Counted from the first letter of the stretch, positions 1 to 10,674 are shown. The stretch: DNA of 34,617 nucleotides from an uncultured Alphaproteobacteria bacterium (GCA_963923565.1 CAWUMH010000001.1:1-34617), one strand, 5' to 3'. Translations and numbers: made by a program. Notes: a model not told the origin generated them from the sequence alone.

Positions 1-292
1 CTGCGCCGAGCGCAATCATTCCGCGTGATACCGCAAGATGGCCCTTATGTTTGCGTCGGCTTGAGAGGCCGAGCGAGATCATTTCAGGAATGCGAAAGAC
101 AAGCCGCAGTATTGACCAAAGCGAAGCCAATACTATTGTCGTTATAAGAATAAAAACAACACCCACGGTCAGACTTGTCTCAATGCGATAACCGAGAACG
201 GTCATCGCGAGCGATCCATCAATATCGGAGAGCAGGGACAGTCCTAAAGCGGACAGTGTCAAAATAGTGATAAGGAGAATGAGCCTTATCAT
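1..292 (-). CDS. hemY: HemY-like membrane protein, N-terminal part (gene continues beyond the window start)
   Basis: Not in the ORF track because it is open at the window edge. My own reverse-strand translation from the ATG at 292-290 gives MIRLILLITILTLSALGLSLLSDIDGSLAMTVLGYRIETSLTVGVVFILITTIVLASLWSILRLVFRIPEMISLGLSSRRKHKGHLAVSRGMIALGA. This matches the HemY_N pattern: TM helix, GY.IET, second TM helix, basic stretch. The ATG overlaps the upstream gene's TGA (ATGA at 289-292). The position after hemC-hemD is typical. Confidence 0.6.
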   Translation of the reverse strand, partial: MIRLILLITILTLSALGLSLLSDIDGSLAMTVLGYRIETSLTVGVVFILITTIVLASLWSILRLVFRIPEMISLGLSSRRKHKGHLAVSRGMIALGA

Positions 293-1269
293 AGTTTTGC
301 ACTTTCGGCTTTAATGCGATCACTCAAAAGATCGATAACGCGATCAATGTCTTTTAAGGCTGTATCATCCGTTGCATCAGTCTTCGGCAGCGGGGAGTTT
401 TCAACGGACGAAATCGTTACAATTTTTGAAAGCACTGACAAAAGCTTTTCATCCCAGCTCGCCGCGTTTTGATCGGGTAAAGGCGACGTGGTTACTTGTT
501 TCGGTTCGATCACCTTTGGTGGAGCGCTTTGAATGGGAGCGATCTCGATGCCGTCAATTTTAAGCGTGTTAAGAGCGTCAATATCTCGATCAGGTATCTG
601 ATGTTTCAAAATTCGATCTTTGATTACGAGCGCAAGTGCCAAACCACTCGAAAGACGAACCATCTCATCAGATTTTTTTTGCGTTGTGTTTGATTTCAAT
701 AAATCGATATTGGCCGTGAGTGCATCAACGCGCGCAGCAAGCACGTTCAAAGCCTCGAGTGAGGAACCTTCAGAAGGACTCTGGAGAGTCTTTTGAGCAG
801 AGACAAGTAAGTCAGAAAGTGCCTGATTGGCCTTATCAAGCTCCGAGATTTTTTGAGCGTATTTTGTAGCACTCTCTTCAAGCGTAAGGATCTTTTTCTC
901 AAACGCCTTGTTTTGCTGTTCAAGGATCAGGGTACGATCAGATGGCGTATTGAGCACTTGCGCCGCCTCAACACTTGCAAGCCTTTGCGCGAAATCGTCT
1001 TTGGATTTTGTTAGCAGTGACATCATAAGAAATGTCGCAATCATACCGGCAATCGCGCCAGCAAGCGCGCCGATCACCAACGGCCCTACCAGTGTCGGAG
1101 CGATGCGAGGCGGCATGGAGGAAGGCTCTCTTTTGGGTGACGATGGGGCCTCCGCTTGTCGGGCCCCCTTTTGGGTGTCGGCTTTTAGATCAATGATGGG
1201 CGGAATAGAGCGGCTCGGCCGGCGTCGCGTCGGATCATTCTCGTCGCGGGTGGGGGGATCGTCGCTCAT
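289..1269 (-). CDS. Mic60/mitofilin-like (COG4223-type) inner-membrane coiled-coil protein
   Basis: 326-aa ORF with a Pro/Arg-rich N-terminus and one clear TM helix (LVGPLVIGALAGAIAGMIATFLMMSLL). The middle is long and coiled-coil-like (ILTLEESATKYAQKISELDKANQALSDLL). A C-terminal block follows. It sits between hemD and the hemY-like gene, where alphaproteobacterial Mic60 homologues are reported. The family call rests on architecture and context, not on a computed alignment. Confidence 0.6.
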   Translation of the reverse strand: MSDDPPTRDENDPTRRRPSRSIPPIIDLKADTQKGARQAEAPSSPKREPSSMPPRIAPTLVGPLVIGALAGAIAGMIATFLMMSLLTKSKDDFAQRLASVEAAQVLNTPSDRTLILEQQNKAFEKKILTLEESATKYAQKISELDKANQALSDLLVSAQKTLQSPSEGSSLEALNVLAARVDALTANIDLLKSNTTQKKSDEMVRLSSGLALALVIKDRILKHQIPDRDIDALNTLKIDGIEIAPIQSAPPKVIEPKQVTTSPLPDQNAASWDEKLLSVLSKIVTISSVENSPLPKTDATDDTALKDIDRVIDLLSDRIKAESAKL

Positions 1270-1317
1270 TCTGCCGGTCTCTTATCCGATTCGAACCGCA
1301 GCATCGCTCGTTAAGGT

Positions 1318-2025
1318 TTAGGTTTCCTTGATATGGAGCAGGGCGAGGAGATCTTCTTCTGTTGGTTTGGGCGCAATGCGGATTTTGGAGTGTCCTGTTT
1401 CCCGCAGGGGTTTGGCCACATCTTCGGAAAGACAGAGATGGTTCAACCCGCGCAGAAAATGGGAAAGACCGGCATTTTCAGCGGCTTTTAGGAGCGCTTC
1501 AACGCTCGCGCGGGAGAAATGTAGTCCATAGTCGCAAGATTCGACCTCTAAACGGGCCGCCCCCGGCCAAGGATCGATCAGAACCGTTTGATAGAGTTCA
1601 ACGACAAGCGGCTGAAACCCGTTCGTTTTAAGTCCGTCTTCGATGAAGGGCTTGCGCGGCGTGCCAGTCAGATAAAGCAAAGATGCAGGGGCCTGGAATT
1701 TTGACGCTACAAGATTGACTAAAGCGCGCCCGTCGCCGCTGCCCGTTGTGACAGAAGGAAAGCCTGCATCCCGTGCGACGGTGGCGGTCTTTTCGCCCAC
1801 GCAAAAAGTCGGGACATTGATCAGTTGCGCACGCGCATTGTCCGGAAGATGGCGGATCGCATTCGCGCTCGAGAAAAGAACCGCATCAATTTTCTTAATT
1901 GGAACTGCGTTTCCGGTTCCGACGATTGCCGTGACCGGCGCCAGAACGGCCTCAATACACAATTCTTTGAGGCGCTCGACCGTCCTCGTGCCGTCCTTGA
2001 TGGGCCGTGTAACGAGAACCCTCAC
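1318..2025 (-). CDS. hemD: uroporphyrinogen-III synthase
   Basis: 235-aa ORF beginning (GTG) RVLVTRP. Its size and two-lobed HEM4-like pattern fit. Its GTG start overlaps the hemC stop (GTGA at 2022-2025). It lies immediately downstream of hemC. Confidence 0.8.
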   Translation of the reverse strand: MRVLVTRPIKDGTRTVERLKELCIEAVLAPVTAIVGTGNAVPIKKIDAVLFSSANAIRHLPDNARAQLINVPTFCVGEKTATVARDAGFPSVTTGSGDGRALVNLVASKFQAPASLLYLTGTPRKPFIEDGLKTNGFQPLVVELYQTVLIDPWPGAARLEVESCDYGLHFSRASVEALLKAAENAGLSHFLRGLNHLCLSEDVAKPLRETGHSKIRIAPKPTEEDLLALLHIKET

Positions 2026-2972
2026 GCGGCTCCGGTCCTGAGATCGGCGGGTAGAACAGCCAAAATGTCTCGAGCTGCTTTTTTACCCAAAGCCTCAGCT
2101 TCAGAAGCGGGACCCGTTGCTGAAGCGCTGAAGCTTCTCTGGCCGTCATCACTCAGATACATGCCGGAAAAAGAAATTATCCCGTCTTTGACGGTCGCAT
2201 AACCGGCAATCGGTGTGCGGCATGAGCCATCGAGTTTTTTCAAAAACGCCCGTTCGGTTAAAAGTGCGAGACCCGTCTCGACACAGGAAATCGCCGCGAC
2301 AGCATCAGCTGAACGTTTGTCCCCGGTGCGGGCGGTGATTGAAACAGCCCCTTGGCCGAGCGCAGGCGGAAATGTGTCGAGCGGCAAAATGGCGGCCGCT
2401 TTATCCGCGAGGCCCAGTCGCTTGAGGCCCGCGAGCGCAAGCATCGTCGCGTCCACTTCTCCATTGGCCGATTTGCGCAAGCGCGTTTCGACATTGCCGC
2501 GCAAGACCGCGGTCTTAATATCCGGGCGGATCCGTTTGACCAAGGCGGCGCGGCGCAAGCTTGCGGTGCCGACATGAGCGTTTTGCGGGAGGTCCTCGAT
2601 CCGCGCGTAGAGCGCCGAAATCAGGCAATCGCGCACATCTTCGCGCGGCAGATAGCCAATAATATCGATTCCGTCCGGAAAAGCGGTCGGCATATCTTTC
2701 GCCGAATGGACGGCCAGATCGATCCGGCCTTCGAGCATGGCTTCGTCGAGTTCTTTGGTGAACGCTCCTTTGCCGCCGACAAGCGCGGCACCGCTCGCCT
2801 GACTCATATCGCCCGACGTCCGAATGATTTCGAGTGTCACGCCGTCTTCGGGGAGCGACAATGCTTTTCTCAGGCGCGCAGCGACCTCATGAGCCTGCCA
2901 GAGCGCAAGGGGACTTCCGCGAGTCCCGATTTTAAATGGATTTAACGCCGACACCTTCGACCTTGCCCTCAT
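2022..2972 (-). CDS. hemC: hydroxymethylbilane synthase (porphobilinogen deaminase)
   Basis: Contains the [14 protein letters not shown]-terminal motif and the cofactor-Cys region [14 protein letters not shown] chose the ATG at 2972, which is preceded by GGGAGA. The track ORF extends to a GTG at 2999, so the start is ambiguous. Confidence 0.9.
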   Translation of the reverse strand: MRARSKVSALNPFKIGTRGSPLALWQAHEVAARLRKALSLPEDGVTLEIIRTSGDMSQASGAALVGGKGAFTKELDEAMLEGRIDLAVHSAKDMPTAFPDGIDIIGYLPREDVRDCLISALYARIEDLPQNAHVGTASLRRAALVKRIRPDIKTAVLRGNVETRLRKSANGEVDATMLALAGLKRLGLADKAAAILPLDTFPPALGQGAVSITARTGDKRSADAVAAISCVETGLALLTERAFLKKLDGSCRTPIAGYATVKDGIISFSGMYLSDDGQRSFSASATGPASEAEALGKKAARDILAVLPADLRTGAA

Positions 2973-3069
2973 TCTCCCATCATGCGATGTCGGGCGCACC
3001 CGACCACCGTCAGGAATGGACTATAGGGGCTCGTTTTGCCCGGCGATAGGGGCGTTGAAGGCCTGCGTC

Positions 3070-4128
3070 ATGCGAATCCTCGGAATTGAAACCACTTGTG
3101 ACGAAACCGCCGCTTCCGTTGTGGAGCGCGGGGCTGATGGGCGGGGCCGTATTCTCTCCAATGAAGTTCTGAGCCAAATCGAGGATCACGCGGCCTATGG
3201 CGGTGTCGTGCCGGAAATTGCCGCGCGCGCCCATGTCGAGGTGATGGATGTTTTAGTGAAACGCGCCCTCGCTGAAGCCGGCTTAAGCCTCGCCGATATG
3301 GACGGTGTGGCTGCTGCTGCGGGCCCTGGCCTGATCGGTGGCGTAATGGTGGGACTCACAACAGCGAAAGCTTTGGCGCTCGTTGCGCAAAAACCGTTTC
3401 TCGCTGTCAATCATCTCGAAGCGCACGCGCTTTCCCCGCGTCTAACTGACGGTGTCGCTTTTCCTTATTTGTTGTTGCTCGCTTCGGGTGGTCACACACA
3501 ATTGCTCGTCGTGAAAGGTGTTGGTGATTATTTACGTCTTGGCACAACGATTGATGACGCGATCGGTGAAGCGTTCGACAAAGTCGCAAAAATGCTCGGC
3601 CTTCCCTATCCAGGTGGACCACAAGTTGAACGCTTGGCGCTCGAAGGTGACCCAAAGAGATTTTCTTTCCCGCGCCCCTTGATTGGTCGCAAAGAGCCTG
3701 ATTTTTCTTTGTCAGGATTGAAGACCGCCGTGCGTATTGAAGCTGAAAAAATAGCACCTTTATCAGAGCAAGATGTACGTGATCTTTGCGCATCTTTTCA
3801 ACGCGCCATTGTCGAGAGTATTATTGATCGAACGCGCATGGCCTTTGAGCGTCTGAATGAAATGAGGATTCCGGTCACCGCTCTTGTGATTGCGGGGGGT
3901 GTTGCAGCCAATCGCTCGATACGCGGTGGACTTGAAAGTTTAGCGATGCAGAAAAACCTACCACTCATCGCACCACCACTCGCGCTCTGCACCGATAATG
4001 GTGCGATGATTGCATGGGCAGGCATTGAGCGGTTGAGTCTTGGCCTCACCGATGGACTTGATTTTGCGCCACGTGCGCGCTGGCCTTTGACAGTGAACGC
4101 TGAAAAGCCGGAGCCTGCGCATGTTTGA
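3070..4128 (+). CDS. tsaD: tRNA N6-adenosine threonylcarbamoyltransferase
   Basis: [15 protein letters not shown] start, metal-binding NHLEAHAL, and GGVAAN near the C-terminus. The track ORF starts at 3016, but MRILGIETT at 3070 is the canonical family start. Confidence 0.92.
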   Translation: MRILGIETTCDETAASVVERGADGRGRILSNEVLSQIEDHAAYGGVVPEIAARAHVEVMDVLVKRALAEAGLSLADMDGVAAAAGPGLIGGVMVGLTTAKALALVAQKPFLAVNHLEAHALSPRLTDGVAFPYLLLLASGGHTQLLVVKGVGDYLRLGTTIDDAIGEAFDKVAKMLGLPYPGGPQVERLALEGDPKRFSFPRPLIGRKEPDFSLSGLKTAVRIEAEKIAPLSEQDVRDLCASFQRAIVESIIDRTRMAFERLNEMRIPVTALVIAGGVAANRSIRGGLESLAMQKNLPLIAPPLALCTDNGAMIAWAGIERLSLGLTDGLDFAPRARWPLTVNAEKPEPAHV

Positions 4129-5107
4129 TGACATTGCAGTCATTGGTTCAGGCGCTTGGGGCACCGCGTTAGCGCTCGCTGCATCCCATGCAGGTCGTCG
4201 CGTTAAACTATGGAGTCGTGATGCGGATCAGGCAGAAGCGATGATCCGTTTGCGTGAAAATTCAAAACGTCTTCCCGGCATTCGATTGCCTGAATCAATT
4301 CAACCGACATCGTCCTTAAAAGACGCAATTGCAACCGCGCGCGCTGTTATTCTTGCTGTGCCCGCGCAGCATCTACGTGAGATTTCAGAAGTGCTTGCGC
4401 TTGTGATGAAAAGTGGCCTTCCAGTTATCATTGCAGCAAAGGGCATCGATCGGCGCTCAGGTGAATTCATGAGCGAGATTGTTGCTGATGTCTTGCCGGG
4501 TGCGATGCCGTCTGTGCTTTCGGGTCCGAGTTTTGCTGATGATGTGGCACGCGGATTACCCACCGCCGTCGTGCTTGCCGCCCCCGTTGAAGAGATTGCG
4601 ATGGCGCTCGCGCGTGCGCTCTCGTCATCACGTTTTCGCGTCTATCATTCAAGCGATGTGCGCGGTGTTGAAATTGGCGGTGCCGCAAAAAATGTGCTCG
4701 CGATTGCTGCGGGTATTGTTCAAGGCCGTGGTCTTGGGGAGAGCGCACGTGCTGCTTTGATCGCGCGCGGCTTTGCCGAATTGCAGCGGTTTGCAAAAAC
4801 CTATGATGCAAAACCTGATACGCTGGTTGGCCTTGCCGGTCTTGGCGATCTTATTCTGACAGCAAGTTCGCTTCATTCGCGAAATTTTGCATTTGGACAT
4901 GATCTTGGACGCGGTAAATCCGTATCAGAAGCAGGCGGTGGAAAATTGGCAGAAGGTGTGTTCACAGCGCGCATTCTCGATCAAACGGCGAAAGCACGCG
5001 GCGTCGATATGCCGATTGTCGCAGCGATGGCCGCTATTCTTGATGGTGCATTGTCGGTTGATGCGGCGGTTGATCAATTGATGAACAGGCCAATTAAAGG
5101 GGAATAA
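4121..5107 (+). CDS. gpsA: NAD(P)H-dependent glycerol-3-phosphate dehydrogenase
   Basis: Has the [14 protein letters not shown] dinucleotide fold and the [12 protein letters not shown] motif. It is 328 aa and overlaps the tsaD stop by 8 nt. Confidence 0.92.
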   Translation: MFDDIAVIGSGAWGTALALAASHAGRRVKLWSRDADQAEAMIRLRENSKRLPGIRLPESIQPTSSLKDAIATARAVILAVPAQHLREISEVLALVMKSGLPVIIAAKGIDRRSGEFMSEIVADVLPGAMPSVLSGPSFADDVARGLPTAVVLAAPVEEIAMALARALSSSRFRVYHSSDVRGVEIGGAAKNVLAIAAGIVQGRGLGESARAALIARGFAELQRFAKTYDAKPDTLVGLAGLGDLILTASSLHSRNFAFGHDLGRGKSVSEAGGGKLAEGVFTARILDQTAKARGVDMPIVAAMAAILDGALSVDAAVDQLMNRPIKGE

Positions 5108-5110
5108 GTC

Positions 5111-5129
5111 CGCACGCAGTTTGCGTGCG
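5111..5129 (+). terminator. Perfect 8-bp hairpin just after the gpsA stop (possible terminator, no U-tract)
   Basis: CGCACGCA-GTT-TGCGTGCG lies 4 nt after the TAA at 5105-5107. It is followed by GC-rich sequence rather than a T-run. Confidence 0.35.
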
Positions 5130-5188
5130 CAAGGGCAAGGCCCGCCGGCGCCTTCGCGCCGTCCCAAAAAAGATCGAGAGAAATAAAA

Positions 5189-5605
5189 ATGGCGCATTGG
5201 CTTTATAAATCCGAACCCTTCAAATGGTCATGGGATCAGCAGGTTAAAGCGGGCGCCAAAGGCACGCATTGGGATGGTGTGCGCAATCATCTGGCCAAGC
5301 TGCATTTGATGGCGATGAAGAAGGGCGATCAGGGCTTTTTCTATCACTCCAATGAGGGCAAGGAGATTGTCGGCATTGTCGAAGTGATCCGCGAAGCCTA
5401 TCCCGACCCCACCGCCGAGCCGGGCGAGCCTTGGGTTGTTGTGGACCTCAAAGCCGTCAAACCCTTTAAGCGTCCTGTGTCACTTGCCGAAGTGAAGGCC
5501 GAGCCCAAACTCGCCAAAATGTCCCTTGTCACGTCCATGCGCCTCTCGGTTCAGCCAGTGACGGACGCCGAATGGGCGCTTTTGTGTAAAATGGGCGGAG
5601 TTTAG
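5189..5605 (+). CDS. EVE (PUA-like) domain protein
   Basis: 138-aa ORF starting MAHWLYKSEPFKWSWDQQ, followed by WDGVRNHLA and GDQGFFYHSN. This is the typical EVE/DUF55 signature. A GAGAGAA Shine-Dalgarno-like element lies upstream. Confidence 0.85.
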   Translation: MAHWLYKSEPFKWSWDQQVKAGAKGTHWDGVRNHLAKLHLMAMKKGDQGFFYHSNEGKEIVGIVEVIREAYPDPTAEPGEPWVVVDLKAVKPFKRPVSLAEVKAEPKLAKMSLVTSMRLSVQPVTDAEWALLCKMGGV

Positions 5606-5803
5606 ACGCCGTCCAGCGCGCGGATGGCACCCCTTTGGTCTGACCGACCAAAGTGTGACGCGCCTTACTCTTGTCCCGCCGTCCGGTCTGATCATAATAA
5701 GCACAGGGGTACGAAGGTCCGATAACGGGTCTCGCTGCCATTCAAAAACGCGATCCGTCCGCTTGAGTAAATAACAAGCGCGACGCCAGGAGAGGAAAGT
5801 CCG

Positions 5804-7750
5804 ATGTCCGACAAGCTCTATCCCGTGTCCGGTGACTGGGCCAAGCGCGCCTATGTGGATGATGCAAAATATAAGGCGATGTATGACGCCTCGATCAAGG
5901 ATCCGGAAGCGTTCTGGGGCGAGCACGGCAAACGCATCGATTGGTTGAAGCCTTTCACCAAAGTGAAGAACACGAGCTACGCACCCGGTGCAGTGTCGAT
6001 CAACTGGTTCGAAGATGGCATCACCAATGTGTCGATGAATTGCATCGATCGCCATTTGCCCAAGCGCGCCAACCAGACCGCCATCATCTGGGAAGGCGAT
6101 GATCCGTCTGAATCAAAGCATATCACCTATCAGGAATTGCATGATGAAGTGTGCCGCTTCGCCAATGTGCTCAAAGCGCATGGCGTGCACAAAGGTGACA
6201 CGGTTACGATCTATCTGCCGATGATTCCGGAAGCCGCTTATGCGATGCTCGCCTGCGCCCGCATTGGTGCTGTGCATTCGATTGTGTTTGGCGGCTTCTC
6301 GCCAGATTCACTTGCGGGTCGTATCGAAGGCTGCAAATCGAAAGTACTGATCACGGCTGATGAAGGCTTGCGCGGCGGCAAGAAAGTTCCGCTGAAAGCC
6401 AATTGCGACGAAGCACTGAAACGTGTTCCGGGTGTTGTCACATCACAACTCGTTGTTAAGCGCACCGGCAGCGCTGTGCATATGCAAGATGGTCGTGATT
6501 ATTATTATCACGAAGAAGCGGCAAAAGCAGCGACGCAATGCAAGCCCGAACCGATGGAAGCGGAAGCGCCGCTCTTCATTTTGTATACATCTGGTTCAAC
6601 CGGTGCGCCCAAGGGCGTCGTGCATACAACAGCGGGTTACCTCGTTTATGCATCAATGACACATCAATATGTTTTCGATTATCACGACGGTGATATTTAC
6701 TGGTGCACGGCCGATGTGGGTTGGGTCACAGGCCATTCCTACATCGTCTATGGCCCGCTCGCGAATGGCGCGACGACCTTGATGTTCGAGGGCATTCCGA
6801 CCTATCCGTCTATCTCGCGCTTCTGGGATGTCGTTGATAAGCACAAAGTAAATATCTTCTACACCGCACCAACCGCCATTCGTTCACTCATGGGTGCCGG
6901 TGAAGAGCCGGTGAAGAAAACATCACGCGCGTCGCTGCGTTTGTTGGGTTCCGTCGGTGAACCGATCAATCCTGAAGCATGGGAATGGTATCATCGCGTG
7001 GTTGGCGACAATCGTTGCCCCATCGTCGACACATGGTGGCAAACGGAAACCGGCGGTATTCTCATCACACCACTTCCGGGCGCAACCGCATTGAAGCCCG
7101 GGTCTGCGACACGTCCCTTCTTCGGTGTGAAGCCTGAAGTAGTTGATGCGAATGGCGTTGTGATTGAAGGCGCGTGCGAAGGTAATCTCGTGATTGCTGA
7201 CTCATGGCCCGGCCAGATGCGCACGGTCTATGGCGATCACAAACGTTTCATGGAAACTTATTTTGCCACTTATGCGAATAAATATTTCACCGGTGACGGC
7301 TGCCGTCGCGATGCCGATGGCTATTACTGGATCACCGGCCGCGTCGATGACGTGATCAACGTCTCCGGTCACCGTATGGGCACGGCGGAAGTTGAAAGCG
7401 CGCTGGTTGCACATGAGAAAGTGTCCGAGGCGGCTGTTGTCGGTTATCCGCACGACATCAAGGGACAGGGTATTTATGCGTATGTCACCCTGATGGCCGG
7501 CACGGAAGCAACGGATGCGTTGCGCAAAGAGCTCGTCGCGTGGGTGCGTAAGGAAATCGGCCCCATCGCCTCGCCGGATTTGATCCAATTTGCACCGGGA
7601 TTGCCGAAAACGCGCTCGGGTAAAATCATGCGCCGCATCTTGCGTAAGATCGCCGAAGACGAGTTTTCCAATCTTGGCGATACATCGACCTTGAATGATC
7701 CGACCGTTGTGGACGATCTGATTGCGAACCGGCAGAACAAGCGGAAATAA
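5804..7750 (+). CDS. acs: acetyl-CoA synthetase
   Basis: 648 aa, with the AMP-binding motif [12 protein letters not shown], the WWQTETGG motif and C-terminal [25 protein letters not shown] ribosome-binding site lies upstream. Confidence 0.96.
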   Translation: MSDKLYPVSGDWAKRAYVDDAKYKAMYDASIKDPEAFWGEHGKRIDWLKPFTKVKNTSYAPGAVSINWFEDGITNVSMNCIDRHLPKRANQTAIIWEGDDPSESKHITYQELHDEVCRFANVLKAHGVHKGDTVTIYLPMIPEAAYAMLACARIGAVHSIVFGGFSPDSLAGRIEGCKSKVLITADEGLRGGKKVPLKANCDEALKRVPGVVTSQLVVKRTGSAVHMQDGRDYYYHEEAAKAATQCKPEPMEAEAPLFILYTSGSTGAPKGVVHTTAGYLVYASMTHQYVFDYHDGDIYWCTADVGWVTGHSYIVYGPLANGATTLMFEGIPTYPSISRFWDVVDKHKVNIFYTAPTAIRSLMGAGEEPVKKTSRASLRLLGSVGEPINPEAWEWYHRVVGDNRCPIVDTWWQTETGGILITPLPGATALKPGSATRPFFGVKPEVVDANGVVIEGACEGNLVIADSWPGQMRTVYGDHKRFMETYFATYANKYFTGDGCRRDADGYYWITGRVDDVINVSGHRMGTAEVESALVAHEKVSEAAVVGYPHDIKGQGIYAYVTLMAGTEATDALRKELVAWVRKEIGPIASPDLIQFAPGLPKTRSGKIMRRILRKIAEDEFSNLGDTSTLNDPTVVDDLIANRQNKRK

Positions 7751-7779
7751 TTCCGTTTGCTTTTCGGAGCCTCAAATCA

Positions 7780-7809
7780 ATCCCCGCGTCTCGGCGCGGG
7801 GATTTTTTG
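7780..7809 (+). terminator. rho-independent terminator of acs
   Basis: The stem ATCCCCGCG / CGCGGGGAT has a 6-nt loop and is followed by TTTTTT. Confidence 0.8.
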
Positions 7810-7930
7810 TTTGCCGAAGCGGGGACTAAGCAGTAATCCCATGAACCTATTGGTGATTGATCAGGTTAGTGATGCGTCCTGTCGACCCCGTTGCCGTTAG
7901 AATCTTTTCGAAAAGGGAGCCCGCCGCATC

Positions 7931-9337
7931 ATGACCATCATTCCTGTAATTTTATGCGGTGGTTCTGGCACGCGGTTATGGCCGGTGTCGCGCGACAGTT
8001 TTCCGAAGCAATTCGTACCGCTTCTGGGTACGCTTTCGACCTTTCAGACGACCTTGAAGCGTGTTGATGATCAGGCGCTCTTTGGCAAGCCCTTGATTGT
8101 GACCAATGAGAAGTTTCGCTTTCTAGCCGAAGAGCAGGCCGAGGCGGTTGGTGTGGCGGTCGATATTTTGATGGAACCGAGCCCGCGCGACTCAGCCCCT
8201 GCGATTGCCGCCGCTGCGCATTGGTTGAAGCGTCATCATGACGGCGCCATAGGCCTTGTGCTTGCTGCCGACCACATGGTCGCGGATTTTACGGGATTTC
8301 GCGAAAGTGTGAAGCGTGCACGCCCTGCGGCAGAGGCCGGCAAGATTGTAACCTTCGGGGTTACGCCGTCTCACCCTTCAACCGCCTATGGCTATATCAA
8401 GCCGGGCGAGACGGTTGAGGGCGACGCGCGTCACATCTCAATTTTCCTTGAGAAGCCAAAGTCCTCCATGGCACGCGATCTGGTGGCCGAGGGTTATCTG
8501 TGGAACTCCGGTAATTTTATGTTCAAGCCTGAGACGATGCTTGAAGAGCTTGATCGGCACGCGCCGCAAATCAGCGACTGTGCGGCCGCGGCACTCGATC
8601 GCGCCACAAATGATCTCGGCGCGACGTTGTTGGATGCGGATGCTTTTGCCAATGCGCCGAAGATTTCCATCGATTATGCCGTGATGCAAAAGACCATCCA
8701 TGCGGCGGTGGTGACTGCTTCTTTTGATTGGTCAGATATTGGCACATGGGGCGCGTTATGGGACGCGTCCGAACATGATGAACGCGGCAACCGCGCCACC
8801 GGCAATGTCGCTTTGCTCGATACAACAAACAGCCTTGTTCACTCTGACGAAATTCTCACAACTGTTGCAGGACTTGATAATGTTGTGGTGGTGTCAACGC
8901 GTGACGCGGTGCTCGTTACAAGCAAGGAAAATTCTGGCGAAGTGAAAATCCTTGTCGAGGCTCTCAAAGCCAAAAGCCAGCGCGAGGCGAGCGAGCATTT
9001 GAAAATGTATCGCCCGTGGGGCGCCTATCAGCGCATCGACATTGGCGCGCGGTTTCAAGTCAAGCGTATCACGGTGAAACCGGGAGGTCGCCTCTCGTTG
9101 CAGAAACATTTTCATCGCTCCGAACATTGGGTCGTCGTGTCAGGAACAGCCGAGGTCACGATTGGCGATAAGACTACCCAGCTTCATGAAAATGAAAGCA
9201 CCTATATTCCGATCGGCGAAGTGCATCGGCTTGCCAATCCGGGCAAAGTGCCGCTGGAGCTGATTGAGGTTCAAGTCGGGTCCTACACAGGCGAAGATGA
9301 CATTGTCCGCCTTGAAGATGTGTATGGGCGGGGATGA
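7931..9337 (+). CDS. manC: mannose-1-phosphate guanylyltransferase / mannose-6-phosphate isomerase (type II PMI)
   Basis: N-terminal ILCGGSGTRLWPVSR nucleotidyltransferase motif and C-terminal cupin (EHWVVVSGTAEV, GEVHRLANPG). It is 468 aa, with an AAGGGAG ribosome-binding site upstream. Confidence 0.92.
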   Translation: MTIIPVILCGGSGTRLWPVSRDSFPKQFVPLLGTLSTFQTTLKRVDDQALFGKPLIVTNEKFRFLAEEQAEAVGVAVDILMEPSPRDSAPAIAAAAHWLKRHHDGAIGLVLAADHMVADFTGFRESVKRARPAAEAGKIVTFGVTPSHPSTAYGYIKPGETVEGDARHISIFLEKPKSSMARDLVAEGYLWNSGNFMFKPETMLEELDRHAPQISDCAAAALDRATNDLGATLLDADAFANAPKISIDYAVMQKTIHAAVVTASFDWSDIGTWGALWDASEHDERGNRATGNVALLDTTNSLVHSDEILTTVAGLDNVVVVSTRDAVLVTSKENSGEVKILVEALKAKSQREASEHLKMYRPWGAYQRIDIGARFQVKRITVKPGGRLSLQKHFHRSEHWVVVSGTAEVTIGDKTTQLHENESTYIPIGEVHRLANPGKVPLELIEVQVGSYTGEDDIVRLEDVYGRG

Positions 9338-9405
9338 GACAAAGCGCACTCTCGACCTTTGTCGATGATCATGGCATTCTTCCTTGTCATTTACAGTATC
9401 GTTGA

Positions 9406-10137
9406 TTGCGCGTGTCTAAGCCGGTTCTGATCGTCCTTCATCAGGAACATTCAACGCCCGGGCGGGTGGGCTACGCATTGCGGCAACGGGGCTTTACTCT
9501 TGATACAAGAAGGCCGCCTTTAGGCGAGCCCTTACCTCAAGACCTTTCAGATTACGCGGGGGTCGTCATATTCGGCGGGCCTATGAGCGCCAATGATCCT
9601 GATCCGTTTATTGGTGAAGAAATCAAATTGATAGAGCGCACACTCAAAGCAGATACGCCGTTCTTGGGTCTATGCCTTGGGGCGCAGCTTTTATGTCGTG
9701 CTTTGGGAACGCGCGTGTTCAAACATCCGGAAGAAGAAACGGAGATTGGTTATTATCCTCTTCGTCCAACGAAAGCCGGCGAAATATGGGCGCGCTCATG
9801 TGGTGCTGTATGGCCGCGCGCTGTTTATCATTGGCATCGGGAAGGGTTTGATTTGCCCAAAGGCGCTGAGCTTTTGGCAGAAGGTGATGCGTTTCTGCAT
9901 CAGGCTTTTTGCATGGGGCAAAAGACACTCGCGCTCCAGTTTCATCCTGAAGTCACTTACGCCATGATTTGCCGGTGGACGACACGGGCGTTTGAACGCA
10001 TGGATCACAAAGGCGCACGCGCGCCGCATGAACATCGTGATGGTTGGTTCCAGCATGACCACGATGTAGGGCAATGGCTTGATGCCATGTTGGATGGATG
10101 GATTGGTCGAAAAAACGCGCTATCACCGCGACGTTGA
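9406..10137 (+). CDS. class I glutamine amidotransferase-like protein (GuaA-N-like)
   Basis: Nucleophile elbow GLCLGAQLL and FHPEV His/Glu pair. It is 243 aa. The start is TTG at 9406, with GTG at 9412 as an alternative. Confidence 0.8.
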   Translation: MRVSKPVLIVLHQEHSTPGRVGYALRQRGFTLDTRRPPLGEPLPQDLSDYAGVVIFGGPMSANDPDPFIGEEIKLIERTLKADTPFLGLCLGAQLLCRALGTRVFKHPEEETEIGYYPLRPTKAGEIWARSCGAVWPRAVYHWHREGFDLPKGAELLAEGDAFLHQAFCMGQKTLALQFHPEVTYAMICRWTTRAFERMDHKGARAPHEHRDGWFQHDHDVGQWLDAMLDGWIGRKNALSPRR

Positions 10138-10146
10138 TGTCGAAAA

Positions 10147-10674
10147 TTAATCCACCACGCCAATAAAGGGCAATTGTCGATAGGAATGAGCGACATCCAT
10201 GCCGTAACCGACAACAAATTTGTCGGGGATCACAAAGCCTACATAATCCGCTTTGATCGATACGGCGCGCTTGCCTGGCTTTTCTAAAAGACAACAAGTC
10301 ATCACGCGCGCACCGCGTGCAGCGAGAAGATCTTTAGCAAACGCAATCGTGCGGCCTGATTCCAGAATATCATCGATCAGCAATACATCGCGGTCGCGCA
10401 CATCGCTTTCAACGTCTTTCAGGATGACGACTTGTCCCGATGAAACCGTCGCATCGCGATAGCTCGAGAGATGCATGAATTCGACTTGCGGCATGAGTCC
10501 CGCATGATGCAATGCGCGCATCATGTCTGCGGCAAACATAAAAGATCCTTTGAGGATCGCGATGACCAGAAGGCCTTTCGGATTTGTCTTGGCGATTTCC
10601 TGGGCGATCTCGGAATTGCGTGTGGCAATCTTGGTTTCGTCAATCAGGACGGACACATTTCGTTCTTGGGTCAT
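10147..10674 (-). CDS. hpt: hypoxanthine phosphoribosyltransferase
   Basis: PRPP-binding VLLIDDILESGRT and KFVVGYGMD motifs. I chose the ATG at 10674, which is preceded by AGAGGGA. The track ORF extends to 10695. Confidence 0.92.
   Translation of the reverse strand: MTQERNVSVLIDETKIATRNSEIAQEIAKTNPKGLLVIAILKGSFMFAADMMRALHHAGLMPQVEFMHLSSYRDATVSSGQVVILKDVESDVRDRDVLLIDDILESGRTIAFAKDLLAARGARVMTCCLLEKPGKRAVSIKADYVGFVIPDKFVVGYGMDVAHSYRQLPFIGVVD

Noticed and set aside
495-515. GGTTCGATC tRNA T-arm-like string
   Set aside because: It lies inside the Mic60-like coding region and has no flanking acceptor or anticodon-stem complementarity. No tRNA gene could be supported anywhere in the window.
5480-6055. 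191-aa minus-strand ORF spanning the EVE-acs intergenic region
   Set aside because: It overlaps the 3' end of the EVE gene and the first 250 nt of acs on the opposite strand. It has no recognisable motif or ribosome-binding site, and acs is unambiguous.
9338-9363. 7-bp hairpin GACAAAG-N12-CTTTGTC after manC. Similar short hairpins occur after the EVE gene (5633-5653) and nadD (15281-15296), and there is a GGTCATGACC palindrome after tesA (32697-32706).
   Set aside because: These may be weak terminators, but all lack U-tracts and are short enough to arise by chance. I did not report them as features.
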